DNA of 62,926 nucleotides from a virus. Lineage: Duplodnaviria; Caudoviricetes. This document shows positions 38,521 to 48,254 of this stretch, piece after piece; the stretch's first letter is position 1, and each line of letters opens with the position of its first letter. The DNA is taken from positions 1 to 62,926 of IMG/VR virus record IMGVR_UViG_3300025598_002100; one strand, written 5' to 3'. A program made the translations under genes and the position numbers. Under the pieces are notes generated by a model. It saw nothing but the letters and a program-made list of their open reading frames with translations, did not search any database and was not told the origin of the DNA.

Positions 38521-39531
38521 ATGTCTTTATTGATCACAGGTGGTTGCGGTTTTATTGGTTCTAATTTTATACATAGATATTTGCAATTATTTCCAAATGA
38601 AAAAGTAATTAATGTAGATAAATTAACTTATGCAGGAAACATAGCAAATCTTAACGATATTAAAAATGAAAATTATCACTTTGTCTGTGCAGATATCAAT
38701 GATCGACAGATTATTACACAACTACTAATACGATATAGACCTAATCGTATTGTTCATATGGCTGCAGAAAGTCATGTAGATCGATCTATAGAAGATTCTA
38801 CCCCATTTATAAAAACCAATGTATTAGGAACTTTGGCTTTATTAGAATCTGTTAAAAATACTGTAGATTGGGATTATAAATTTATACATGTTTCTACAGA
38901 CGAAGTGTATGGCAGTTTATCGTTAACTGACCCTCCATTTACAGAAGTTACTCCTTATAATCCTAGATCTCCTTATTCTGCTAGTAAAGCATCATCAGAC
39001 CATTTAGTTAATGCTTACCATCATACGTATGGTATGAATACAATTATTACAAATTGTTCTAATAATTACGGTTCCTTTCAATATCCGGAAAAATTTATTC
39101 CTGTTATTATTACTAAAGCTCTTAGAAAAGAATCTATACCAGTTTATGGACAAGGGTTAAACATTAGAGATTGGTTGCATGTTTTAGACCATTGTGATGC
39201 TCTCATTAAAGTATTAGAGCACGGAGTACCTGGAGAAAAATATAATATCGGAGGTAACTGTCAAATAGATAATTTATCATTGGCTAAAATGATTTTAGAT
39301 CACATGGAATTAAATCACGATCTATTAACATTTGTTACAGATAGAAAAGGTCATGATTTTAGATACGATATAGATAACAGTAAAATATCTAAAGAATTAG
39401 ATTGGACCCCTGCTGTTGACTTAAATATAGGGCTAGCACAAACCATTAATTGGTATATAGATAATCTCGATTGGATCGAAGGAGTAGAACATCGTGCTAA
39501 AAACTTTAGGAATAATACTAGCAGCAGGTAA
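38521..39531 (+). CDS. rmlB: dTDP-glucose 4,6-dehydratase
   Basis: TGGCGFIG, DKLTYAG, AAESHVDRS, STDEVYG, YSASK, RKGHDFRY. Confidence 0.95.
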   Translation: MSLLITGGCGFIGSNFIHRYLQLFPNEKVINVDKLTYAGNIANLNDIKNENYHFVCADINDRQIITQLLIRYRPNRIVHMAAESHVDRSIEDSTPFIKTNVLGTLALLESVKNTVDWDYKFIHVSTDEVYGSLSLTDPPFTEVTPYNPRSPYSASKASSDHLVNAYHHTYGMNTIITNCSNNYGSFQYPEKFIPVIITKALRKESIPVYGQGLNIRDWLHVLDHCDALIKVLEHGVPGEKYNIGGNCQIDNLSLAKMILDHMELNHDLLTFVTDRKGHDFRYDIDNSKISKELDWTPAVDLNIGLAQTINWYIDNLDWIEGVEHRAKNFRNNTSSR

Positions 39532-40384
39532 ATCTACAAGGTTATATCCTGCTACTCTAGCCGTATCTAAACAAATTTTACCAGTATATGATAAGCCTTT
39601 AATTTACTATCCTCTCAGTGTATTAATGTTAGCTGGTATAAAACAGATATTGATAATTACCAATCCTCATGAAAAAAATATATTTGAAACTCTATTTAAA
39701 AACGCTAAAAAAGAATTAGGAATTGAAATTACTATAGCAACACAGGCTGCTCCTAATGGATTACCTGAAGCATTTTTAATTGCCGATCAGCATTATGATC
39801 TTAAAGAATTCGATAATATAAGTCTAATATTAGGGGATAATATATTCTATGGATCAGGATTTACCCAAATTTTAAAACAAGCATTATATACTCCTAATGC
39901 TGCACAGATTTTTTTACAACAAGTTAAAGATCCTAGTCGGTTCGGAGTTGTAGAATTTAATGCACAAGGAACGATAGAAGCTATAGTTGAAAAACCAGTC
40001 GAACCTAAATCTAATTATGCAATTACAGGATTATATTTTTTCCCGAATGATGTTGCTGATAAAAGTAAAAAATTAACGTTTAGTGAGAGAAAAGAATTAG
40101 AGATGGTAGATTTAATTAGAATGTATCATTTAGAAGAAAGGTTAGACGTACAGCGTTTGTTACGAGGAATATCTTGGTTTGATACTGGCACATCAACTTC
40201 GTTATTAGAAGCTGCATTATTTGTTAAAACTATACAAGATTATCAAGGATTTCTTGTAGGGTCTCCTCATGAAGTGGCGTATACTAATAAATGGATTAAA
40301 GATTCTGCTATAGAACAATTTACAGATTCTTGGAAGAATAAAAATGATTATGGAACTTATCTAACGGAGATGATTAAAAAATGA
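39494..40384 (+). CDS. rmlA: Glucose-1-phosphate thymidylyltransferase
   Basis: GIILAAGKSTRLYP, SKQILPVYDKP, LGDNIFYG, VEKP, WFDTGT. Confidence 0.93.
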   Translation: MLKTLGIILAAGKSTRLYPATLAVSKQILPVYDKPLIYYPLSVLMLAGIKQILIITNPHEKNIFETLFKNAKKELGIEITIATQAAPNGLPEAFLIADQHYDLKEFDNISLILGDNIFYGSGFTQILKQALYTPNAAQIFLQQVKDPSRFGVVEFNAQGTIEAIVEKPVEPKSNYAITGLYFFPNDVADKSKKLTFSERKELEMVDLIRMYHLEERLDVQRLLRGISWFDTGTSTSLLEAALFVKTIQDYQGFLVGSPHEVAYTNKWIKDSAIEQFTDSWKNKNDYGTYLTEMIKK

Positions 40385-41154
40385 AAATACTTGTAGTAGG
40401 TAGAGGTTGGACAGGGAATAAAATGTTTATTGAATTAACTCAGCGAGGCCATGTTTGTAAACTGGTTTCTCATGATGATGTTAATAATTTGATCACTAAC
40501 GATTATGATTGGGTAGTTAATGCTGCAGGAGTAACCGGAACTCCGAATGTAGATGGATGCGAGTTAATTAAACCCGAAACTTACAAAGGAAATGCTTTAT
40601 TTCCTATCGAACTATATAATCTATGTCAACAACATAATGTAAAACTTGCCCATTTTTCTAGTGGTTGCATATACGAAGGTGTAATTACAGATGTAAATGC
40701 AGATCCTAATTATTTCGGAAGCACTTATTCAGTTAGCAAAGGCATTTCTGATATGTTCTTAAAAGACAAAGCGTTGGTTTTTAGAATTAGAATGCCGTTT
40801 ACTGGAGTTAATGAAGCTAAAAACTATCTAACTAAAGTTTACAAATATAGCAATAATGGTAAACTAGTAGATCTAGGTAAGAACAGTATGACTGACTTAG
40901 ATGAAGCAGTTTCGGTAGCATGCAATCTTATTGAACAAAACGAAACAGGGCCTCACAACTTGATTAACCAAGGTGCTATCACGATGCCTGAATTAGTAGA
41001 AATTATGGGTATTGAAAATCCCCAATATTATACTAGAGAAGAATTTGCAGCCGTAACACGTTCAGGAAGATCAACCTGCGTTATTCCTGAATTCGGACTA
41101 ATGCGTTCATTGCATGATGCACTAGTTGATGCCGTGGCTAAGATGAAAGTTTAA
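40381..41154 (+). CDS. NDP-4-keto-6-deoxyglucose reductase, probably bifunctional 3,5-epimerase/4-reductase type
   Basis: GRGWTG, NAAGVTGTPNVDGCE, SSGCIY, YSVSK, RIRMP. Confidence 0.75.
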   Translation: MKILVVGRGWTGNKMFIELTQRGHVCKLVSHDDVNNLITNDYDWVVNAAGVTGTPNVDGCELIKPETYKGNALFPIELYNLCQQHNVKLAHFSSGCIYEGVITDVNADPNYFGSTYSVSKGISDMFLKDKALVFRIRMPFTGVNEAKNYLTKVYKYSNNGKLVDLGKNSMTDLDEAVSVACNLIEQNETGPHNLINQGAITMPELVEIMGIENPQYYTREEFAAVTRSGRSTCVIPEFGLMRSLHDALVDAVAKMKV

Positions 41155-41196
41155 TATCTATCTGACATATTAAAAATATTTGTATAATATAAATAC

Positions 41197-41251
41197 TGTT
41201 GTAGATGACCTAATAGGCTCTACAACAATTCTTACTTTAAAAGGAGAAAAA
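41197..41251 (+). promoter_or_regulatory. Structured hsp20 5' leader; ROSE-like RNA thermometer candidate
   Basis: TGTTGTAGA...TCTACAACA hairpin then TTCTTACTT-taa-AAGGAGAA pairing over the SD; late box at 41188-41195. Confidence 0.5.
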
Positions 41252-41695
41252 ATGAATCAATTAGTAAGACAAGTTCGTTTTGACACTAATACACTAAATG
41301 CTCTAAATAGAGCCCTTGTAGGGTTTGATAATTTGTTTACACAGCATTTTGTAAATTCTGTAGAATCAAGCTATCCCCCATACAATATTTTAAAGCGTGA
41401 CGAGGATACTTACGAGGTTCAAGTCGCTGTAACTGGTTTCGATCCAAAAGAGATCACAGTTGAACTCGATCAGAACCAGTTAGTTATCCGTGGTGAAGTT
41501 GAAGATAGAGATGATGAAAATGTTCAATATATTCATCGAGGTCTTGCCGGACGCAATTTTACTCGTGTTCTACCATTAGCAGAACATATTGAAGTTGGCG
41601 AAGCAACTATTAAAAATGGTGTATTGAGCATCGAACTTAACCGTGTAATCCCTGAGGCATTAAAACCTCGTTTGATTAAAGTTAAGTCTGAGTAA
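41252..41695 (+). CDS. Small heat-shock protein Hsp20 (IbpA-like)
   Basis: YPPYNI, AVTGF, YIHRGLAGRNF, NGVLSI; start at ATG 41252 after AAGGAG. Confidence 0.93.
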   Translation: MNQLVRQVRFDTNTLNALNRALVGFDNLFTQHFVNSVESSYPPYNILKRDEDTYEVQVAVTGFDPKEITVELDQNQLVIRGEVEDRDDENVQYIHRGLAGRNFTRVLPLAEHIEVGEATIKNGVLSIELNRVIPEALKPRLIKVKSE

Positions 41696-41703
41696 TTTAA
41701 ATC

Positions 41704-41733
41704 AGGGAGAGAAGAGCAATCTTCTCTCCCTTT
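41704..41733 (+). terminator. Intrinsic terminator
   Basis: AGGGAGAGAAGA-GCAA-TCTTCTCTCCCT followed by TT. Confidence 0.8.
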
Positions 41734-41769
41734 ATGTTATAATGTATTTTTGAACAATACGGAGTAATA

Positions 41770-42072
41770 ATGAGCGATACAGCAATCGTTACTAAAGATA
41801 CAGTAAAAAGTCGAATTAAAGAACCTAAACGATTTAAGGTTCTTATTCTTAATGATGATTATACTCCGATGGATTTTGTTATAGCTATTTTAGTTACTAT
41901 TTTTAAACATTCCGAAACTTCTGCTGCAAAAATTATGATGCAAGTTCATAATGAAGGCAGCGGAGTAGCAGGAGTTTATAATTATGAAATAGCAGAACAA
42001 AAAGGAATCGAAGCAAATAATGTTTCAAAAGAAAATGGGTTTCCTCTACAGGTTAAGGTAGAACCAGAATGA
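41770..42072 (+). CDS. clpS: Clp protease adaptor ClpS
   Basis: VLILNDDYTPMDFV, MMQVHNEGSGV, FPL. Confidence 0.93.
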   Translation: MSDTAIVTKDTVKSRIKEPKRFKVLILNDDYTPMDFVIAILVTIFKHSETSAAKIMMQVHNEGSGVAGVYNYEIAEQKGIEANNVSKENGFPLQVKVEPE

Positions 42073-42611
42073 GTTTAAAAGATTTAACTAAAGAAAGTCA
42101 CACTGCTGCAGAAAAAACGAAATTTATGAAAACAGTATTTAAAGGTAATATGCCTTTAAATGTATGGGCTGATTGGACTTATCAAAAGAGTTTATTCTAC
42201 AATGCTATAGAAAGCTGTGCAGACGAACTTGGAATATTAGATGAGATCCCGGATATTAAGCGAACATTTTTGCTACTCGAAGACTATAAAAATATGGTTG
42301 CCGAACATGTAACTCCTACATATCGTAAAGTTACTATAGACTATTATCAATATATTATGAGTTTGTATCCTGACCGAGATAGAGTCATTGCACATTTATA
42401 TACATGGCATATGGGCGATTTACATGGCGGGCAAATGATTAAAAAGATTTTGCCAGGTAGTCATCGAAATTTAGAATTTACAGATCCTACATCAACAATT
42501 ACTAAAATTAGAACATTGTTAGATGATCGTTTAGCTAAAGAAGCTAATATGGCATTTTGGTGGGCAATTAAATTGATGGATGATTATGAACCCTGGCTTG
42601 CCGGCGAATAA
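42069..42611 (+). CDS. Heme oxygenase (phage HemO/Ho1-like)
   Basis: LKDLTKESHTAAE (proximal His), AHLYTWHMGDLHGGQMIKK. Confidence 0.88.
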   Translation: MSLKDLTKESHTAAEKTKFMKTVFKGNMPLNVWADWTYQKSLFYNAIESCADELGILDEIPDIKRTFLLLEDYKNMVAEHVTPTYRKVTIDYYQYIMSLYPDRDRVIAHLYTWHMGDLHGGQMIKKILPGSHRNLEFTDPTSTITKIRTLLDDRLAKEANMAFWWAIKLMDDYEPWLAGE

Positions 42612-43260
42612 AATTATTAACTTTGCTGATCGATTTATTTCTAGATTAGAAAAATATTCTATCTGTATTAAGGATGAACATCCTAAATTAATTTGGCAAG
42701 ATTATCTATTTCATAGCAATGTCTTTAGACGTGCACACGTTAATGTCGTTGATGCTAGAGAAAGTAGAGGGTTGTATCTTTTTCATTGTTGCATATTTCC
42801 TAATCTTCAAGATTCTAGTCCTATATTCGGGTTAGACATTATTGCTGGTGAAACAAAAATCAGTGGAGCTTTTCACGACTTTTCTAAAACAGCCGATGAT
42901 AATCATGCAATGATGCAGTGGTTTGAAAAACGGGTAGAAAATTTAAGTTGGCGACGACCGAGAGAACTTCCTGAATGGGCTCAATCTATTTTTAGTCCTG
43001 CAATTATTGCTGCTGGTGCTATTAATACTGAAGAAGAGATTGACCAATTAATTACTTTATCTTTAGAGAATTTAGATTACTATCTTGCTAATGTTGGATT
43101 AACTAACTTTCCGACTAGCAATTTTTTAAAAGAACAAAATTTCTATTGTCAACAGCAGAAATTGAATCCTCATAATGCTCGCACTATGCAACATCTTGGA
43201 CTTACTGAAGAAGAAACAAACTATTTTGTCCAAAATGTCATGTTTCCTGAAGTTAAGTAA
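42586..43260 (+). CDS. Ferredoxin-dependent bilin reductase (PcyA/PcyX-like)
   Basis: FRRAHV, HCCIFP, PIFGLDII, AFHDFS, RELPEWAQSIFS, QNFYCQQQKLNPH. Confidence 0.85.
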   Translation: MNPGLPANKIINFADRFISRLEKYSICIKDEHPKLIWQDYLFHSNVFRRAHVNVVDARESRGLYLFHCCIFPNLQDSSPIFGLDIIAGETKISGAFHDFSKTADDNHAMMQWFEKRVENLSWRRPRELPEWAQSIFSPAIIAAGAINTEEEIDQLITLSLENLDYYLANVGLTNFPTSNFLKEQNFYCQQQKLNPHNARTMQHLGLTEEETNYFVQNVMFPEVK

Positions 43261-43332
43261 GTATTTAACTCGATATCTACCAAGTTAACATATTAACACA
43301 CCCCTGTAAATATTTACATACAGGAGTGTGTC

Positions 43333-43797
43333 ATGAAATATACTGTAATTATAGCATTATTGTTGTACGGTGTGTCTATAGCCGATGCAGCACCACTTCC
43401 TGATTTTGCTTTCAAGAGTCCTAGTTTTAATGGTGTAGGTTATGGTACCTACGTGCTTACTATTGAAAACGAAGAATACACCAGAGCACAACAAATACAG
43501 CAAGCATTAGAAGCAGCAGCACAAGCTGCTAAAAATGCTGCTGCAAATACTCCGATTAATCAGTTCTTAACAAATCTGGAATCCCGCATTTATGCCCAGA
43601 TCAGCCAAAATTTAGCAACCGCAATGTTTGCTGGAGGTTCATCTACTAGCGGTAGCATGAACTTCGAAGGCAATACGATCTTTTGGCAAAATAATGGAAC
43701 AAATATAACACTACAGGTTACAGATAGTTTAGGTAATGTGACAACAATTACTGTTCCTCTAGGATCGTTTAACATTACAGGATCATCAGGGAGTTAA
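43333..43797 (+). CDS. csgF: Curli assembly protein CsgF-like
   Basis: Signal peptide; FAFKSPSFNG; FLTNLESRIYAQISQ; adjacent to csgG. Confidence 0.75.
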   Translation: MKYTVIIALLLYGVSIADAAPLPDFAFKSPSFNGVGYGTYVLTIENEEYTRAQQIQQALEAAAQAAKNAAANTPINQFLTNLESRIYAQISQNLATAMFAGGSSTSGSMNFEGNTIFWQNNGTNITLQVTDSLGNVTTITVPLGSFNITGSSGS

Positions 43798-43798
43798 C

Positions 43799-44644
43799 AT
43801 GAGATTACTTCTTTTATTATGCAGCATGCTAATGCTGGGAGCTTGTGCTACATCTCATAAAATGGAACAATTAGCTAGAATTAAAGACACTCCAGTTCCG
43901 GCTATAAATGTAATGCAAAAAGAGTTTGATTCACTACCCCCACCAAACGGGCCAAAGATTACTGTTTCAGTTTATAGTTTCCAAGATAAAACCGGACAAC
44001 GTAAAGCTACTTCATCATACGCTAGCTTTTCAACTGCAGTTACACAAGGTGCTGAACCTTTCCTAATTAAAGCATTACAAGATGTTGGACAAGGACAATG
44101 GTTCGATGTTGTAGAACGCACTAATGTTGATGATTTAATTAAAGAACGTACTATTATCAAACAGATGCGTGATGCATACGAAGGTAAGGATGCTAAACAA
44201 TTAGCGCCTTTACAATTCTCCGGAATCATAATGGAAGGTGGCATTGTTGGTTATGATTCTAGTGTCGAATCCGGAGGCAGCGCTTATAAATGGTTAGGGA
44301 TTGGACCTCAAACACAATATTCTAAAGATATAGTAGTTGTAAGCCTTAGAGCTGTGAGCGTTAATACAGGACAGGTATTAGCTTCAGTAACTGTAACTAA
44401 AACTGTATATTCGGCTGCAGATAGTATAGCAGTATTAAAATTCTTTCAAGACGGAACACAATCATTTGAAGCAGAAACAGGCTTAACAATTAATGAACCA
44501 ATAACAATAGCAATAAAAACTACAATTGAAGCATCTGTAGTGGAATTGATTAAAGAAGGGGAGAAGAAAGGTATATGGGAGTTTAAGTATCCAATGCCAG
44601 AAGAAAAGCATTGGTGGACACCCAGTAAGAAAAAACTAAAATAA
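43799..44644 (+). CDS. csgG: Curli secretion lipoprotein CsgG
   Basis: Lipobox LGAC; VYSFQDKTGQRK, FSTAVTQG, WFDVVER, KERTII, EGGIVGYD, NEP. Confidence 0.92.
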   Translation: MRLLLLLCSMLMLGACATSHKMEQLARIKDTPVPAINVMQKEFDSLPPPNGPKITVSVYSFQDKTGQRKATSSYASFSTAVTQGAEPFLIKALQDVGQGQWFDVVERTNVDDLIKERTIIKQMRDAYEGKDAKQLAPLQFSGIIMEGGIVGYDSSVESGGSAYKWLGIGPQTQYSKDIVVVSLRAVSVNTGQVLASVTVTKTVYSAADSIAVLKFFQDGTQSFEAETGLTINEPITIAIKTTIEASVVELIKEGEKKGIWEFKYPMPEEKHWWTPSKKKLK

Positions 44645-44656
44645 AAGGAGATCGTG

Positions 44657-45493
44657 ATGAGAAATTTTAGATTAGTTGCTGTTATTGCTAGCATGTTTGC
44701 TTTAAATGCATACGCTGCAGACAACAACATTTATATCCAACAGTCCGGTGACAACAGTACTGTAACTATGACACAAGATGGTGCAGGAAACATTGTACAA
44801 GGACTCGGCGGAAGTGCTAGTAACTCTATTATTAACGGTAACAATAATACTGTAACTGTTGATCAAGTAGGTACCGGCAATACATTGAACTTTGGTGTAC
44901 AGACATCAATGGCAAAAGGATTGGTCGGAAACAACTATTCCTATACAGTAACAGGTAATAATGCAACTGCTATTATTGATAGTAATAACAACGGCAATAA
45001 TACTAGTGCTAGTAACAATATTAATGTAACACAAACTGGAAATTACGCTAATTTAAATGTTAACGTATTAGGCTCAGGAAATAATATTGCTGCTGCTACT
45101 GCCGGCGGTGATTACAATAGCTTTGTATCAACTGTCAATGGAAGCAATAACAATCAAACAGTTAATGTCTCCGGCGGCGGTAATAACAACGTTATTATTA
45201 ACCAAGGTATGGGTGGTAGTGCGTTAGGATTAAACTCAGCTGGACAACCATTATTACCTGCTACTACAGATGTAGCTGGCACAGTAAACTTATCAGTTAT
45301 CGGTGCAAGCAACTCTGTTGATGTTACTCAAACAGGTGGAATGGGCGTAACTGGGCATATGGCCAACATTAGCCTTGACGGGTCTAGCAACGTTGCTAAC
45401 ATTATACAACAAGGAGTTAGTGCAAATAGTATTATTAGACTTACTAGCGTAGGTAATGGTAATACATTTACACTTTCATCTAACACACATTAA
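44657..45493 (+). CDS. Curlin-repeat protein (CsgA/B-like amyloid subunit)
   Basis: Signal peptide; repeated N-x-x-x-x-x-Q-x-G-x-x-N units (IQQSGDNS, TQDGAGN, DQVGTGN, TQTGNYAN). Confidence 0.75.
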   Translation: MRNFRLVAVIASMFALNAYAADNNIYIQQSGDNSTVTMTQDGAGNIVQGLGGSASNSIINGNNNTVTVDQVGTGNTLNFGVQTSMAKGLVGNNYSYTVTGNNATAIIDSNNNGNNTSASNNINVTQTGNYANLNVNVLGSGNNIAAATAGGDYNSFVSTVNGSNNNQTVNVSGGGNNNVIINQGMGGSALGLNSAGQPLLPATTDVAGTVNLSVIGASNSVDVTQTGGMGVTGHMANISLDGSSNVANIIQQGVSANSIIRLTSVGNGNTFTLSSNTH

Positions 45494-46518
45494 TGTGGAA
45501 AAAATTAGCACTAGTTTTATTTCTAGCTGCTCCTGGTATTAGCAATGCTACTATAGGTTCCATTACTAACCAGGTCAATGCCGTTCCCGTGATCCAGAGA
45601 GACAAATTAAACTTAGCTGGATCAAAGGGAACCGGCGTTGAAATGAACGATACAATCAAGACTACGTTAGGTAAAGCTGATATTACTTTTGTCGATGAAA
45701 CTAAAGTACAAGTAAATGAAAATTCTCGACTAGTTATAGATGATTTTGTTTACGACCCAAAAACACCTAAAGGTAGCAAATTAGCATTAAAGTTTGCTAG
45801 CGGTACTGTAAGATACGCCAGTGGCGCAATAGCACACAATAATCCTAGCTCAGTAGCAATTAATACACCATCAGCTACAATCGGTGTACGTGGAACAGAT
45901 TTTAGTGCTGTAGTAGATGATACTGGTGCTAGCATGGTTGTATTATTACCTAGTTGTCCTGAAGGATTTAAAAGTGTTGAAGATGATTGCGTTACTGGTA
46001 TTATTGATGTTTCTAACGATTCTGGCACTGTAGTATTAGATAAACCATTTCAAGCAACATATGTAGCCAGCAGACAAATAACACCTGCAAAACCTGTTGT
46101 ATTACGTTTAACAGCTGATCAAATTAATAACATGCTGATAGTTAGTCCGCCTACAGGGCTTAATACTACACAATCTAAAGATACTAAAAAAGATAGTAAC
46201 GATCCTACTGATTTAGGATATAACTTTCTCAAACAAAACTTTTTGAAAAACGAGTTAGATGAGCCAATAGTACTCGAACCTCCACCAACCCCTTCCAACA
46301 CTGCAGTATTGCCGGATTGGACTGCAAATAGCGAAGTAGTTAAAGTAATTACAAATACACAAGTTAGTTTATGTCGTACAGATAGCAGTAGCAATGCACA
46401 ATGCATAGTTGTACCAAAAGATCAAAATTCTGTAGTAACACAAAGTGAAGGGCAGATTACAATTAAAAATCGCGTTAATTCTGGAAATGGAACAACAATT
46501 ATATTAAAGCAAAATTAA
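45493..46518 (+). CDS. Exported FecR-domain protein
   Basis: Signal peptide; ITFVDETKVQVNENSRL; TPSATIGVRGTDF. Confidence 0.8.
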   Translation: MWKKLALVLFLAAPGISNATIGSITNQVNAVPVIQRDKLNLAGSKGTGVEMNDTIKTTLGKADITFVDETKVQVNENSRLVIDDFVYDPKTPKGSKLALKFASGTVRYASGAIAHNNPSSVAINTPSATIGVRGTDFSAVVDDTGASMVVLLPSCPEGFKSVEDDCVTGIIDVSNDSGTVVLDKPFQATYVASRQITPAKPVVLRLTADQINNMLIVSPPTGLNTTQSKDTKKDSNDPTDLGYNFLKQNFLKNELDEPIVLEPPPTPSNTAVLPDWTANSEVVKVITNTQVSLCRTDSSSNAQCIVVPKDQNSVVTQSEGQITIKNRVNSGNGTTIILKQN

Positions 46519-48254
46519 TGAAAAAAATAATTACCCTAATTCTATTATTATTATTCTGCTCAATAGCTGTTGCTCAGACATTACCACCGGGAAGTATCGG
46601 TTCTATACAATGCTGTAATTCAGGAGGAACTTGGCAACAATACACTTATACTTTTACTCCTACTACTTCGGGGAGTGATTATGTACTATTTGCCTTTAGA
46701 CAAGATCCTGCATATTGGAATTTTAGTAATGTAGATTTATTTGCTGCCGGTAGTAATACAAATCTATTATTAAATCCTAACTTTACTACCGGAGGATCTG
46801 TGACTGTAAGCGGGCATACAGTTACAGCTCCTACTCACTGGGGAGTATTTTATCAAAATGGAACAGTACCTAGTGCAGCAGGTATATGGAAAGGATCCGG
46901 AGGTCATACCGGGGGAGGATTATGGTATGACGGTGCTGTAGGATCATTTGATGGCATTTATCAAGGTGTTACATTAACTGCAGGTGTTACATATGATATT
47001 ACTTTTTGGGCAATGTCTACTTCAGGTACAGCTAATAATAGTACAATACAAATGGGAATTTATGCAGGATCGTGTGCTAATATTGGATTAGCTCCTAGTC
47101 AATGTTCTCTGCCTAGTTCATCGGGATTTGCTGGATTAGTTACCCCATCACAAACTGCAACTGTAGGCGGAGTTACTGTTGTTAGTACTAACACTACTAA
47201 TGTACAAAATACTGTAGTAACAACAGGTACTCCTACAATTACATCAACTACATCTAATCGAACTGTTAATACAACACTTAATGGACAAGCAGTAATTGAA
47301 CTATTTCAAGATACAACTACCACAACAGTTACTCCTACAACTACCATTGTATATTCTACCCCTACAACTACAACAACTTACAGCGATGGAACATCTGTTG
47401 TAACACAAGGAACTACTACAGTTGTTAGTACCAATACTGTAAATGTTACTACTACATCTGTTACACAAGGCACAACACCTGTTAGTATTATTCCAGTATA
47501 TACTAGTAATATTACTGCGATTGAGCAAACTAGATATAATTCTGCACAATCTAGATTGTATGCTGTGCAAGGAGATAGCATCTATATTTCGCAATCATTG
47601 GGTAATAATAATTCTATCTATGTAACACAAACCGGACGGAATGAAAGTGTTGCTGGTATTGGACAACAAAATGCTCCAGTACAAGGATCTAATAACACTA
47701 TCGGTATTAGACAAGGCGATCCTGTTGCATTAACAGGAGCAAACTTAATTGAATTAGAGGTATATGGTAGCGGCAATAGTTTAAACCTAAATCAAGGCTA
47801 TGATTATAATGGAAACTATACTGGACTTGATTTAGCTTATCATTATCAAAGTGTAAGCATCACTGGAAATTCAAATGCTGTAATAACACAGCAACAAGGG
47901 CAATATCAATATGGCGAGGTTAAAATTTCAGGAAATTCAAATAACCAAACTATGATACAAACAGGTATAGGACAACAACTATTTTCTGCTATTACAGGAA
48001 ATAATAATCTACTAACAACTACACAAACAGGTAATGCACAAAACTTTTTAGATGTAGCATTAATCGGTGATGGTAATAGTGCAGTAGTAAATCAAAGTGG
48101 TACTACACAAAATAAAGCTACAATTAGTATTACTAACGCTGGCGGTCCTGCAGGAGTTAATCTAACACAAACTGGCGGGCAAGTTTATAGCATAAGTACA
48201 GTATGTGTAACTGCAGGAGGGTGCGGAACAGTTACTGTAAAACAAGGACCATAA
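46518..48254 (+). CDS. Exported protein: beta-sandwich (CBM-like) domain, Thr-rich stalk and C-terminal curlin repeats
   Basis: Signal peptide; NLLLNPNF...GIYQGVTLTAGVTYDITFW; Thr-rich linker; Q-x-G-x-x-N repeats. Confidence 0.65.
   Translation: MKKIITLILLLLFCSIAVAQTLPPGSIGSIQCCNSGGTWQQYTYTFTPTTSGSDYVLFAFRQDPAYWNFSNVDLFAAGSNTNLLLNPNFTTGGSVTVSGHTVTAPTHWGVFYQNGTVPSAAGIWKGSGGHTGGGLWYDGAVGSFDGIYQGVTLTAGVTYDITFWAMSTSGTANNSTIQMGIYAGSCANIGLAPSQCSLPSSSGFAGLVTPSQTATVGGVTVVSTNTTNVQNTVVTTGTPTITSTTSNRTVNTTLNGQAVIELFQDTTTTTVTPTTTIVYSTPTTTTTYSDGTSVVTQGTTTVVSTNTVNVTTTSVTQGTTPVSIIPVYTSNITAIEQTRYNSAQSRLYAVQGDSIYISQSLGNNNSIYVTQTGRNESVAGIGQQNAPVQGSNNTIGIRQGDPVALTGANLIELEVYGSGNSLNLNQGYDYNGNYTGLDLAYHYQSVSITGNSNAVITQQQGQYQYGEVKISGNSNNQTMIQTGIGQQLFSAITGNNNLLTTTQTGNAQNFLDVALIGDGNSAVVNQSGTTQNKATISITNAGGPAGVNLTQTGGQVYSISTVCVTAGGCGTVTVKQGP

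Noticed and set aside
41180-41251. N-terminal extension of Hsp20 in the ORF track
   Set aside because: Region holds the late box and leader hairpins; the SD supports ATG 41252.
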